DNA of 25,444 nucleotides from a virus: IMG/VR virus record IMGVR_UViG_3300047550_006186; one strand, 5' to 3'. Shown piece by piece: positions 16,252 to 25,309 of this stretch (position 1 is its first letter; each line of letters starts with the position of its first letter). The notes under the pieces were generated by a model. It saw only the letters and a program-made list of their open reading frames with translations, ran no database searches and was not told where the DNA came from. The position numbers and the translations under genes were made by a program.

Positions 16252-16776
16252 ATGAAAATCATCAATTTGTTTGGGGGTCCAGGTTGTGGCAAAAGCACAA
16301 CAGCAGCTGGGTTATTTTATGAACTCAAAAGCAAAGGTTTACAAATTGAATACGTAACAGAATATGCCAAAGACCTCACCTGGGAAAATCGCCAAAATGT
16401 TTTGGAAGATCAATTGTATGTGTTTGCCAAACAACAGAGAAGGCTAGCCAGATTGGTTGATCATAAAATTGATTGGGTAATCACAGACAGTCCTTTGTTG
16501 TTGAGTCTAGTTTATGTCAATCCCAAGGATTTAAGTGTGAGTTTCCACGATCTTGTTGTGGAAATCTTTAACAAATATGAAAATTTCAATTTTTTGCTCA
16601 AAAGAAATGTACAATACAATCCAATTGGACGGAATCAAGACGAATATCAAGCATTGCTGATTGACCAAAAAATCAGAACCATGTTGCAACAGTATGACAT
16701 AACGCATACTCAAATACTGGGGGGACAAGCAGCGGTAGATTCCATTTTGGGTAGTCCTATTTTTGACCATATTTGA
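16252..16776 (+). CDS. P-loop NTPase/kinase (AAA_28 / NadR-kinase-like small ATPase)
   Basis: N-terminal Walker A INLFGGPGCGKSTTA, Walker B-like WVITDSP, size 174 aa. AAGGA lies 9 nt upstream. Confidence 0.55.
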   Translation: MKIINLFGGPGCGKSTTAAGLFYELKSKGLQIEYVTEYAKDLTWENRQNVLEDQLYVFAKQQRRLARLVDHKIDWVITDSPLLLSLVYVNPKDLSVSFHDLVVEIFNKYENFNFLLKRNVQYNPIGRNQDEYQALLIDQKIRTMLQQYDITHTQILGGQAAVDSILGSPIFDHI

Positions 16777-16827
16777 CTTATGGATTGATTTATATAAAAT
16801 TATAGGAGAAAACAAAGGTCCACTCAC

Positions 16828-17145
16828 ATGCACGCAACCAGCACAGATACATCAGTTGTAGAAAAGACCACACACAAAATAAAACCTCCTCAAATGTTTG
16901 ATGTGATTTTTTATAACGATAACAAAACCTACTATGAGTTTGTAGTGTTGGTACTCATGCAATTCTACAATAAAGATTTGGAAACTGCCACCAACTTGAC
17001 CAACCTCATTCACCAACAAGGCAAACATGCTGTAGCAACTTTCACATATGAAATTGCAGCAGCAAAAAAAGATGAAACAATCAGCACTGCAAGGGCCAAT
17101 GGCCATCCATTGCGTGTAGAATTAGAACCCACTGAAAGTGTTTGA
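16828..17145 (+). CDS. clpS: ATP-dependent Clp protease adaptor ClpS
   Basis: PPQMFDVIFYNDNKTYYEFVVLVLMQFYNKDLETATNLTNLIHQQGKHAVATFTYEIAAAK parallels ClpS [57 protein letters not shown]. Confidence 0.85.
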   Translation: MHATSTDTSVVEKTTHKIKPPQMFDVIFYNDNKTYYEFVVLVLMQFYNKDLETATNLTNLIHQQGKHAVATFTYEIAAAKKDETISTARANGHPLRVELEPTESV

Positions 17146-17147
17146 TC

Positions 17148-17657
17148 ATGCAAACTTTAAACATTTACAAAATTCACCCTCAGGCATGTCTGCCTGTTAG
17201 GTCAACTGAACAATCAGCTTGTTGGGATTTGTTTGCATGCCTGTTGGATGAAACAAGAGTGCATGTTTTGGACTGCTACAATCAAGACAGCACTAGGACA
17301 GTCACTCAAGGACACATACACCTGTATGGTGGTGAGAGGATGTTGGTGCCCACAGGGCTAATATTTGACATTCCCGTAAACTACAGCTTGAGATTACATC
17401 CGCGCAGTGGTCTAAGCTGGAAAAAAGGCATCAGTCTTGCCAATTGTGAGGGAGTTATTGACAGTGATTTTTATCACGAAACTTTTGTCTTGCTGATCAA
17501 TTTGAGTGAAACCACTTATACACTCAATCATGGAGATAGAATGGCGCAATGTGAACTTGTGCCTGTGCTGAACATGACAATAAAGGAAACTGTTCAACAA
17601 CCACAGGCCAAAACCAATCGGCAGGGTGGTTTTGGCAGTACTGGTCTAGGATCATGA
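17148..17657 (+). CDS. dut: dUTP diphosphatase (dUTPase-fold protein)
   Basis: HPRSGL, GVIDSDFYHE (motif 3, cf. GLIDSDYQG) and C-terminal RQGGFGSTG (motif 5). The first ATG is 2 nt after the clpS stop; the track ORF starts at TTG 17142. Confidence 0.85.
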   Translation: MQTLNIYKIHPQACLPVRSTEQSACWDLFACLLDETRVHVLDCYNQDSTRTVTQGHIHLYGGERMLVPTGLIFDIPVNYSLRLHPRSGLSWKKGISLANCEGVIDSDFYHETFVLLINLSETTYTLNHGDRMAQCELVPVLNMTIKETVQQPQAKTNRQGGFGSTGLGS

Positions 17658-17893
17658 TCCACAAATTTTGTGCATTGACAGTCACACTATTACTGACAAC
17701 AGGATGTGTGGCTCACAGAGAAGTTCAACCATCTCTTGTGTCAGTTTACGTGAGACCTCCAGTTTATGTTCTGCGTCCCCCAGTGGTGGTTCCCGCACCT
17801 GTTTATATTCCCCATCCACTTAGGGTTTATCCACAACCCAGATATATTCCCATACATCCCCGATATAATTATTATCCTCCCAGGAGATATTAG
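17654..17893 (+). CDS. Small secreted or lipoprotein-like Pro/Tyr-rich protein
   Basis: Signal peptide with ...LLLTTGC, followed by PxY-rich repeats (PPVYVLRPPVVVPAPVYIPHPLRVYPQPRYIPIHPRY). The ATG overlaps the dut stop (ATGA). Confidence 0.5.
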   Translation: MIHKFCALTVTLLLTTGCVAHREVQPSLVSVYVRPPVYVLRPPVVVPAPVYIPHPLRVYPQPRYIPIHPRYNYYPPRRY

Positions 17894-17895
17894 CC

Positions 17896-18312
17896 ATGAC
17901 GCTGCCTTATGCGGAACAAGTGTTGATAGATTCTCAACGAAATCAGTGGTTTATACAGTTTCATATTAGAGATGATCAATTTGATAGTGACCATATTTTA
18001 CAACAAATGGAATGGTTCTCTCAACACAATATTATTGTCCAAGAGGTTCAAACAATTCATATGCGTCAAGCACACACTGGATTTTTCCATGTGAGATTTC
18101 TGGGACCTGACGATCCCAGATTGATAGAATACAGTCAGACATTTGAAGATGCACAGGGACAAAGCACACATCCTCTTCAATATCAGATGTATGAATGGAG
18201 TTACAGTGCTTGGATGCAGGAAGGCGGCAGAGATGCCTATCAAGAGCATTTGGAAACCTTGAATGTGAGTAGGTTTCCCACCCCTCAGGGTGATATTCTA
18301 GGACCAAGTTGA
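17896..18312 (+). CDS. Hypothetical protein (138 aa)
   Basis: AGGAG lies 8 nt before the ATG. No motif recognised. Confidence 0.45.
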   Translation: MTLPYAEQVLIDSQRNQWFIQFHIRDDQFDSDHILQQMEWFSQHNIIVQEVQTIHMRQAHTGFFHVRFLGPDDPRLIEYSQTFEDAQGQSTHPLQYQMYEWSYSAWMQEGGRDAYQEHLETLNVSRFPTPQGDILGPS

Positions 18313-18420
18313 CATGGTATATTTGTTTGACCCACACCAACAGGAATGGTTGGTGAGTCCAAAATTGGCACCCCAAAGAGAATATCGCAGTCTCATGCAA
18401 ATGTTGTTGGAGAAAGAGTG

Positions 18421-18786
18421 ATGGAAATTGTTTTGGTAATGTTCCTCTTACAGTGTAAGCACCTGATTGTGGATTGGTGTTGGCAACCTGAATATGAATG
18501 GAAGAACAAAGGCACTTATGGACATTGGGGTGGTATGAGGCACGCCTTGAAAAACGCCCTGGGCACCGCCTTGTGTTTTGCGCCATTTGTTGCCCTGCCC
18601 AGCTTGATCACAATCCTGCTGATTGATTATACAATCCACTATCATGTGGATTATGCCAAGATGAACATCAATCGTATCAAGGGCTGGGGACCACTCACTC
18701 ATAACGAGTTTTGGTATTTGACTGGTTTTGATCAATATTTGCACCAGATCACCTATCTGTTGTTGATTGCGGTGTTCATGCTATGA
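18421..18786 (+). CDS. Membrane protein, DUF3307-like
   Basis: HLIVDWCWQ matches the H-L-x-x-D-[FW]-x-x-Q signature, and hydrophobic helices are present. GGAG lies before ATG 18421; the track ORF starts at 18346. Confidence 0.45.
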   Translation: MEIVLVMFLLQCKHLIVDWCWQPEYEWKNKGTYGHWGGMRHALKNALGTALCFAPFVALPSLITILLIDYTIHYHVDYAKMNINRIKGWGPLTHNEFWYLTGFDQYLHQITYLLLIAVFML

Positions 18787-18904
18787 ACAAGATCAAAAAA
18801 ATGGGCCTGGATAGCTCGTCTGATTGTGACAATTGCTGTTCAGTTCTGCCATCTAGCATATTTGATTGTGGATATTTCAATTCTCAAACTGCTGAATAGG
18901 ATTC

Positions 18905-18940
18905 GTGAACTACCACGCCCTTTAGGGCGTGGTAGTTCAC
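18905..18940. repeat. Perfect 36-bp palindrome formed by two back-to-back IS right-end termini
   Basis: GTGAACTACCACGCCCTTTAGGGCGTGGTAGTTCAC. Each half equals the terminal 17 nt of the IS RE. Confidence 0.85.
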
Positions 18941-19010
18941 CAAGTAGATAACAATTTGAAGTTGCATGTAAATATTCCGGCAATGCTTGAGCATAAAGGA
19001 AAAGAGCAAC

Positions 19011-19451
19011 ATGCGACTTTGGGTGATATCATCATTGATATTTCTGTCTACTGCTGCACAGGCAGCAGAATTGGTCCACACTTTCAGCAGCCCTAGTTTT
19101 AGTGGCGTGGGCTATAGTAGCCATGTGCTGACTATTGAACAACTGCAAACACAAGCTCAACAAAAACAAAAAGACAAACTGGCACAAGAGCAAGCTGCTG
19201 CTGAACGAGCAAGATTGACCAATCCTATAAATCAATTTGTGGGAAATCTACAAAGTATTGTGTATCAGCAGTTGGCCAAAAGATTGAGTGAGGCCATTTT
19301 TGGCGAAAATCCCAGCAACAGTGGTAGCATCAGCTTGGGCGGCAACACAATTGCCTATGCAAGAATAGGCAATGACATAAATCTAACTGTAGTAGACCAA
19401 GCCGGTAGCACAACACAAGTTACCATTCCAGTGGGGAGTATAGCATTTTGA
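19011..19451 (+). CDS. csgF: Curli assembly component CsgF
   Basis: Signal peptide ...STAAQA|AE; HTFSSPSFSGVG (cf. FQFRNPNFGG); INQFVGNLQSIVYQQL (cf. LDNFTQAIQSQILGGL); C-terminus ...STTQVTIPVGSIAF (cf. ...TSTIQVSGLQNNSTDF). Confidence 0.8.
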   Translation: MRLWVISSLIFLSTAAQAAELVHTFSSPSFSGVGYSSHVLTIEQLQTQAQQKQKDKLAQEQAAAERARLTNPINQFVGNLQSIVYQQLAKRLSEAIFGENPSNSGSISLGGNTIAYARIGNDINLTVVDQAGSTTQVTIPVGSIAF

Positions 19452-20288
19452 ATGGCAACATATAGGCAAATAAACTGCATTTTTTTGATCTGTCTGCTGG
19501 CAGGCTGTGCAACGGTTGCCAGTGTAGCAGACAAAACTGGTGTAGATATTACGCAACCTCCACAAATTGCCATCAGCAGATTTCTGTCTTTGCCTGAAAA
19601 TCAACTATTGCCCCCCAAAGGTGGAGCAATCACTGTGGCAGTCTATAATTTCCAAGACAAAACAGGACAAAGAAAAGACACACCAGGTGTGGCCAGCTTC
19701 AGCAGTGCAGTCACTCAAGGTGCAGATGCCTATCTCATGCAAGCTTTGACAGAAGCAGGCAATAGAAAATGGTTTAGAGTAATTGAAAGAGTGGGTATCG
19801 AAAATTTGATCAAAGAACGTCAATTGATCAGACAAATGAGAGAACTCTATCAAGGTGCAAATGCACAACCAGTACCTCCTCTTTTGTTTGCAGGATTGCT
19901 CATGGAGGGCGGTATCATAGGATATGACAGCAACAGTCAAACTGGCGGTGTTGGTGCTCGTTTCCTGGGCATTGGTGGTCTCACACAATATCGTCAAGAT
20001 ACTGTGACAATCAATTTGCGAGCTGTAAGCACCAGCAGTGGTGAGGTATTGGTGAATGTGACGGTTACCAAAACTATCATGAGCTATCAAGATAGTGCAG
20101 GTGTATTGAGATTTGTGGATGCTGGTACCCAAGCATTGGAAGCAGAAGTGGGTGCCAGTATAAACGAAAGTAGGAATCAGGCCATTCAAATTGGTATTGA
20201 GGCTGCTGTGATTGAATTGATTAGAGAAGGTGAGCGCAAAGGACATTGGGATTTTGATACTAGTGCAAAGATTAAAGGAGCAAAATAA
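19452..20288 (+). CDS. csgG: Curli secretion channel lipoprotein CsgG
   Basis: Lipobox LLAGC; AVYNFQDKTGQ, FSSAVTQGADAYLMQAL, MEGGIIGYDSN.QTGGVGARFLGIG, INLRAV.TSSGEVL and HWDF are highly similar to E. coli CsgG. Confidence 0.92.
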   Translation: MATYRQINCIFLICLLAGCATVASVADKTGVDITQPPQIAISRFLSLPENQLLPPKGGAITVAVYNFQDKTGQRKDTPGVASFSSAVTQGADAYLMQALTEAGNRKWFRVIERVGIENLIKERQLIRQMRELYQGANAQPVPPLLFAGLLMEGGIIGYDSNSQTGGVGARFLGIGGLTQYRQDTVTINLRAVSTSSGEVLVNVTVTKTIMSYQDSAGVLRFVDAGTQALEAEVGASINESRNQAIQIGIEAAVIELIREGERKGHWDFDTSAKIKGAK

Positions 20289-20968
20289 TGAACAAGTTTT
20301 TGAGTATGGGTGTTCTTGTAAGTATCTGCATTGTTGCCAGTACAAGTTGGGCAAATGATGTATATTTGGATCAATTGGGCAACAATTCAACAACCACAAT
20401 TGAACAAGTGGGCAGTGCCAACAAGGTGGGCACCAGTGTGGATGCTGCCAGCAGCGTCTCAGGTAATAGTGCCACCATTAATGTCAAGCAAACTGGCACA
20501 AGCAATAGCCACATGTACACAATTGTAGGTGATACAAACATCTATAACAGCCAAGTAAATGGCAATAGCAACAGTGTGACCTACAAATGTGGTGGAATAG
20601 GAACAACAGCCAGCGGAAGTTGCAATGGATCTAATGTGACTGAAACTGTCACAGGTAATGCCAACACCATGATCACCACCACAATTGGTTCAGGCAATCG
20701 CAATAGTGTAACAGTTACTGGTAACACAAACAGTGTGACCACAACCATGGAAACCAGCAATGCCACTGGTAGCCTTGTTCTCAATGGGGACAATAATACA
20801 ACCAATCACACAATTACTGGTGTGGGTGGCACTGGACACGTTTTGGCCATGAACATAACTGGCAGCAGCAACAGCGTGTCAACTACACAATCAGGCAGCA
20901 ATACTACTACAGTAAATTTGAATATCAATGGAACCAGCAACACGTTTGTTGTGAGAACTGGCAACTGA
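20288..20968 (+). CDS. Curlin-repeat-like secreted protein (candidate nucleator/minor subunit)
   Basis: Signal peptide ...STSWA|ND; imperfect ~20-23-aa repeats of the type GN(S/A)xT(I/V)xVxQTGxSN and S(N/V)TxTV(T/N)GNTN; Gly/Asn/Ser/Thr-rich. The ATG overlaps the csgG stop (TAATG). Confidence 0.6.
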   Translation: MNKFLSMGVLVSICIVASTSWANDVYLDQLGNNSTTTIEQVGSANKVGTSVDAASSVSGNSATINVKQTGTSNSHMYTIVGDTNIYNSQVNGNSNSVTYKCGGIGTTASGSCNGSNVTETVTGNANTMITTTIGSGNRNSVTVTGNTNSVTTTMETSNATGSLVLNGDNNTTNHTITGVGGTGHVLAMNITGSSNSVSTTQSGSNTTTVNLNINGTSNTFVVRTGN

Positions 20969-20972
20969 AACA

Positions 20973-21980
20973 ATGCGACGCTTGCTAGCCAGCCTAGCAT
21001 TTGTTTTGTGTAGCAATTTTGCTAGTGCCAATTCCATTGGAAATATAACAGAAATTACCGGATCTCCTGGCACAATCCAGAGATCTGGTAATCTGTTGGA
21101 AGGTCAAGCCAATGCCAGTCTGTGGAGCATGGACGTATTGGTCACTCAAAATGGTAGTGCCAAACTCAAATTTGTAGATAATACCCGAATCAGCATAACC
21201 GAACAAAGTAAATTGGTCATAGATGAATATGTTTATGATCCAAGGCAGGGAGACAACAGCAAGCTGGCCATGAAAGTCACAATGGGCACTGTTCGTTATG
21301 CAAGTGGCCAAATAGCCAAAATCAATCAACAAAAAGTTGACCTGCAAACTCCCACAGCCACTATAGCAGTTAGAGGCACAGATTTTTTCATGACTGTTGC
21401 TGAAACTGGAGAAAGTTTTGTGGTGTTGGTGCCCAGTTGTGATCAAGCAGGCAATTGCCGCACGGGCCGGATACAAGTGGGCAATGACGCAGGCATGGTA
21501 GAGCTGAATGAACCATTTACTGCAACCAGCGTTGTGAGTAGAAATCAAGCCCCTACTCCGCCCAGCAAAATCAACATAAGCGAAAGCAATATAAACAATT
21601 TTATGATTGTGGCTCCTCCTCCAGGATTGAAAGGGGCCAGTGCCAGCAGCACAAACAATCAACAATCAGAAGTGACCTTTGCTCTTGTACGCAACAATGG
21701 ATCAAAGAATACAAACACAAAAGAATCGGATATGGAAGCATGGCCACTTCTCTTGACAAAAGAAACTGGCTCTGTCAAAACCAACAGCACTCCCATAATT
21801 ATAGAAAATTCACCCGGTGGATCAACCACTGCCAGTAGATCCACTGCTGGCTATGGTCAAAGTCACATTAGATTTTTGGATGGAAGTACTGGCACTGTGA
21901 CCATCAATCAAGGTGACAACGCAACCACTCAAGTGGGGGTGGTAGGCAGTAACACATTTATCATCAAACAAAGTCCATGA
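20973..21980 (+). CDS. FecR-domain periplasmic protein
   Basis: Signal peptide ...NFASA|NS. The FecR-domain pattern is present, including ...KVDLQTPTATIAVRGTDFFMTV (cf. v.TP.a.vavrGT.F.v). Confidence 0.75.
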   Translation: MRRLLASLAFVLCSNFASANSIGNITEITGSPGTIQRSGNLLEGQANASLWSMDVLVTQNGSAKLKFVDNTRISITEQSKLVIDEYVYDPRQGDNSKLAMKVTMGTVRYASGQIAKINQQKVDLQTPTATIAVRGTDFFMTVAETGESFVVLVPSCDQAGNCRTGRIQVGNDAGMVELNEPFTATSVVSRNQAPTPPSKINISESNINNFMIVAPPPGLKGASASSTNNQQSEVTFALVRNNGSKNTNTKESDMEAWPLLLTKETGSVKTNSTPIIIENSPGGSTTASRSTAGYGQSHIRFLDGSTGTVTINQGDNATTQVGVVGSNTFIIKQSP

Positions 21981-23245
21981 AGAAATTTATTCTACTAGTT
22001 TTGGGATTGTTGATCACACTGAGTGGGCCTGCATGTGCTCAGAATGGACTGAATTATACCATCTATGCAGGCACTGGTGCTACTCCCAGCAGATGTACCA
22101 CTTGTACAAAGCAACTTGCCACTGGAACACTCAGCATTTTGAATTATGACTGGGGTGGTGGATTGATTCTCAACAGTGGCCAATATGATAGAGTGCTTGT
22201 GAGAATCTCTGGATATATTTTGTGGCCAGGATCAGGAAGCAAAACTGTACAATTTTATGACAGGTCTGATGATGGATTTCATTTGACCATCAACAACACT
22301 GTGGTTATCAACAATTGGCAAGAACAGGGACCCAGCAACTACAACGGAAGTGGAAGTATCACTCTACAAGGAGGGCAATATTATCCTGTGGAAATCTGGT
22401 GGTATGAGAATGGTGGTGGTGCTGTTCTGCAATTGAATTGGAACATTGGCAGTGGCATTGTGGTGATTCCCAGCTCAGCGTATTATACAGCCAGTCCTGT
22501 GAGACCCACCAGTGAACAATCAAGTAGCATCCTTTTGAGACAACAAGAGATGAAATCTCAAAACAGCGGAGTTTATATTGATCAGATGGGCACTGGCAAT
22601 AATGTGCATATTCAACAAGCAGCTGGCACAAACTTGGTGAGAGGCATAAACAGAGTAAATGCTCCTTTGAATGGAGATTACAACAATCTAACAATTGTTC
22701 AGAATGGCAAAACTCAACAGAGAGTTGATTTGGCCGTAACTGGTAACACCAACAATATTACAATCTATCAAGGTGCCACCAACACTGGACAAACTCTCTC
22801 CAGTGACAGTGGCGGACATTATACTCAAACTCAAACAACTGGCAATGGTAATACTGTGAATATAGTTCAAAATAATCAGGGTGGTGTGAATAGTGGTCAT
22901 CATGTGGAAAACACAATAAACGGAAGTAACAACACAGTATCAATTACGCAAACGCAAGACGGTGCAAAAAGCACCTTTGGCAATACTCAAGGCAACAATA
23001 ACAGTGTGACTATCCAGCAATCTGGATCTGGACAACATTATGTGGACCATGTCAGCCAGGGTGGACTCAACAATGTGTCAGTTGTTCAATCAGGCAACAA
23101 CAGTCATGCAGCTCGTATTCAGGCCACCAACAATGGTGGACCAGTCACAGTGGACCTGAATCAAACCAATGCAGCCAGTCAAAGTATCACCATCCAACAA
23201 TCATGTGTAGTGTTGGCTGGTTGCACAGTGAGGATCACACAATGA
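21977..23245 (+). CDS. PA14 domain fused to C-terminal curlin repeats (candidate major amyloid subunit with lectin-like head)
   Basis: Signal peptide ...GPACA|QN. PA14 signature GYILWPGSGSKTVQFYDRSDDGFHLTINNTVVINNW ... QGGQYYPVEIWWYENGGGAVLQLNW. About eight repeats of N(N/T/S)(V/L/I)x(I/V)xQxG every ~23 aa (NNVHIQQAAG, NNLTIVQNGK, NNITIYQGAT, NTVNIVQNNQ, NTVSITQTQD, NSVTIQQSGS, NNVSVVQSGN, QSITIQQSC). Confidence 0.75.
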   Translation: MKKFILLVLGLLITLSGPACAQNGLNYTIYAGTGATPSRCTTCTKQLATGTLSILNYDWGGGLILNSGQYDRVLVRISGYILWPGSGSKTVQFYDRSDDGFHLTINNTVVINNWQEQGPSNYNGSGSITLQGGQYYPVEIWWYENGGGAVLQLNWNIGSGIVVIPSSAYYTASPVRPTSEQSSSILLRQQEMKSQNSGVYIDQMGTGNNVHIQQAAGTNLVRGINRVNAPLNGDYNNLTIVQNGKTQQRVDLAVTGNTNNITIYQGATNTGQTLSSDSGGHYTQTQTTGNGNTVNIVQNNQGGVNSGHHVENTINGSNNTVSITQTQDGAKSTFGNTQGNNNSVTIQQSGSGQHYVDHVSQGGLNNVSVVQSGNNSHAARIQATNNGGPVTVDLNQTNAASQSITIQQSCVVLAGCTVRITQ

Positions 23246-25302
23246 AATTACGCAAAATCGTACTGAGTGTCAGTTGGTGTTTGGTGACACTAGCTGTATT
23301 GACAGCAATCAAAATCTACAATCCCAGTTTTGTGGAAAGCATCAAATTGAGATATTTTGACACGTTGATCATCAACAAAGATCCCACACAAAATAATTTA
23401 TGGGTGGTGAACATTGATGAACAATCCATTGATCAACATGGCCAATGGCCGTTTGCTAGGTCAGTCTATGCAGATTTGATTGAGCAACTGTACAATCGTA
23501 ATGCAGGATTGGTGGTTTTTGGTGTGTTGATGAGTGAGCCAGATCGACAAGGCATGGACCACAAACTGATCTCCACCTTGAAAGAATATCCCACAATTTT
23601 GACAAGTGTTCCTGGTAACACCAACAAGAATAGTGCAAGGAATCCAGGCGCTGTTGTAATAAACGATGACCACATTGATTTGATTGTCAGCTATCCTGGA
23701 TTGATTGCCAATATTTCGCTAATAGAAAACTCCGCAGCAGGAGTGGGTATAGTAAACCAAATGCCTGAATTGGATGGTGTAAATCGCAGAATACCTCTTG
23801 TGGTCAGCAGCAACGGCAAATTGTATCCGCATGTCAGTTTGGAAACATTGAGGATCCTAGCAGAGGACAGAGCCTTTCAAGTAAGATTGAATGAGCAAGG
23901 TATAGAAGCACTGAGAATTCCCAAATTTGGCGCTATTCAAACAGACAGTTTGGGAAGAATTTGGATTGACTGGAGTCAAAAATACAACGTTGCCAGTATG
24001 CAAGATCTACCTGAAGATTTTCAAGGTGCTGTGGTAATTGTGGGCACAAGTGCAGCTGGCATAGCCAATCCTGTGAGCACAAGCATGGGGGCTCAATTTC
24101 CACAAAATGTGCAAGCAAGTGTGATAGCCACCTTGATCAATCAAGTGAACATTCTACGTCCGGACTTTGCAGACAACCTGGAAATTATTGTTATGGTTGT
24201 GCTATCCGCGTTGTTGATTTTGTTGAGCAAAAGAATTTATGTGGGTATTGCTGCACTTGTGATTGTGGTAGCTGGAAGTATCATGGGTAGTATCTGGGCT
24301 TATCATGCTTGGGGAATTTTGTTGGATGTGACTTTTCCTTGTGCGACCATAATATTGGTCAGCTTGCATGCCTACGTTGTAAAATTCCTGAGTGAATTCT
24401 TCCAAAAGCAGCAAATCAAAAAGCAATTTGGCAGCTATGTGAGCCCTGTGATTGTGGAACGTTTGCAGAAAAATCCAGAACTCATTCGATTGGGTGGTGA
24501 AGAAAAAATTCTCACTGCTGTGATGACAGACATGAGAAACTTCACAGGATTGGGTGAGAAGTATGGAGCAGATGTGGAAGGCTTTACCAAAATCATGAAT
24601 GAATATATGACAGCTATTGCGCAACCGGTGTTTGCCAATGATGGTTGTTTGATCAAATTCATTGGTGACGCCAGTTTGCACATACACGGAGCACCTTTGG
24701 ATGATGATCGTCATGCTTATCATGCTGTAAAAACCACCATAGAAATGATTGAGGCTGTGGAACAGTTCAACCAAAAATTGGAAAAAGATGGCAAACCCAG
24801 AGTGGGCATGGGCGCAGGCGTGAACACAGGAAAAATACTTGTGGGCAACATCGGCAGTGAGGGCAAGATGGGTTATGATGTGCTGGGAGATCCGGTGAGT
24901 GTGGCTGCCAGATTGGAAGGGCAAACCAAAGGTTATGGTGTGTTGGTAATTATTGGACCAGATACTTACCAGGAGGTACGAGAAGATTTTCTATGTTTGG
25001 AATTGGATTGCATTGCGGTCAAAGGCAAGAATGTGGGATTGAATATCTATACACCTTTATTGAACAATCCTGCTGATAAACAGCCTGCTTACCAATTAGC
25101 TCAGCAACATCATCAACAGATGATTGCATCCTACAGAGCCCAAAATTTTGATCAGGCAATAGACATGTGCAAAGAACTCATGGGCCAATTTGATCAACAG
25201 ATGGATCATTATTATGAAATTTGGATTGCCCGTTGTTTACAAATGAAAGAATATAATCTCTCCAAGGATTGGGATGGAATTTATCACGCAACCAGCAAAT
25301 AA
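23242..25302 (+). CDS. CHASE2 sensor / class III adenylate-guanylate cyclase with C-terminal helical (TPR-like) tail
   Basis: CHASE2: VVNIDEQSIDQHGQWPFARSVYADLIEQL, plus three TM helices (~aa 325-400). Cyclase: TAVMTDMRNFTGL, KFIGDAS, GMGAGVNTGKILVGNIGSEGKMGYDVLGDPVSVAARLEG. ATG 23242 (after GAGGA) overlaps the preceding stop (ATGA). Confidence 0.9.
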   Translation: MKLRKIVLSVSWCLVTLAVLTAIKIYNPSFVESIKLRYFDTLIINKDPTQNNLWVVNIDEQSIDQHGQWPFARSVYADLIEQLYNRNAGLVVFGVLMSEPDRQGMDHKLISTLKEYPTILTSVPGNTNKNSARNPGAVVINDDHIDLIVSYPGLIANISLIENSAAGVGIVNQMPELDGVNRRIPLVVSSNGKLYPHVSLETLRILAEDRAFQVRLNEQGIEALRIPKFGAIQTDSLGRIWIDWSQKYNVASMQDLPEDFQGAVVIVGTSAAGIANPVSTSMGAQFPQNVQASVIATLINQVNILRPDFADNLEIIVMVVLSALLILLSKRIYVGIAALVIVVAGSIMGSIWAYHAWGILLDVTFPCATIILVSLHAYVVKFLSEFFQKQQIKKQFGSYVSPVIVERLQKNPELIRLGGEEKILTAVMTDMRNFTGLGEKYGADVEGFTKIMNEYMTAIAQPVFANDGCLIKFIGDASLHIHGAPLDDDRHAYHAVKTTIEMIEAVEQFNQKLEKDGKPRVGMGAGVNTGKILVGNIGSEGKMGYDVLGDPVSVAARLEGQTKGYGVLVIIGPDTYQEVREDFLCLELDCIAVKGKNVGLNIYTPLLNNPADKQPAYQLAQQHHQQMIASYRAQNFDQAIDMCKELMGQFDQQMDHYYEIWIARCLQMKEYNLSKDWDGIYHATSK

Positions 25303-25309
25303 TCAAGGG

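Noticed and set aside
6311-18940. Dispersed palindromic repeats as a possible CRISPR array
   Set aside because: Copies are kilobases apart, irregularly spaced and of two different types that match the LE and RE of the TnpB IS. No cas genes are present.
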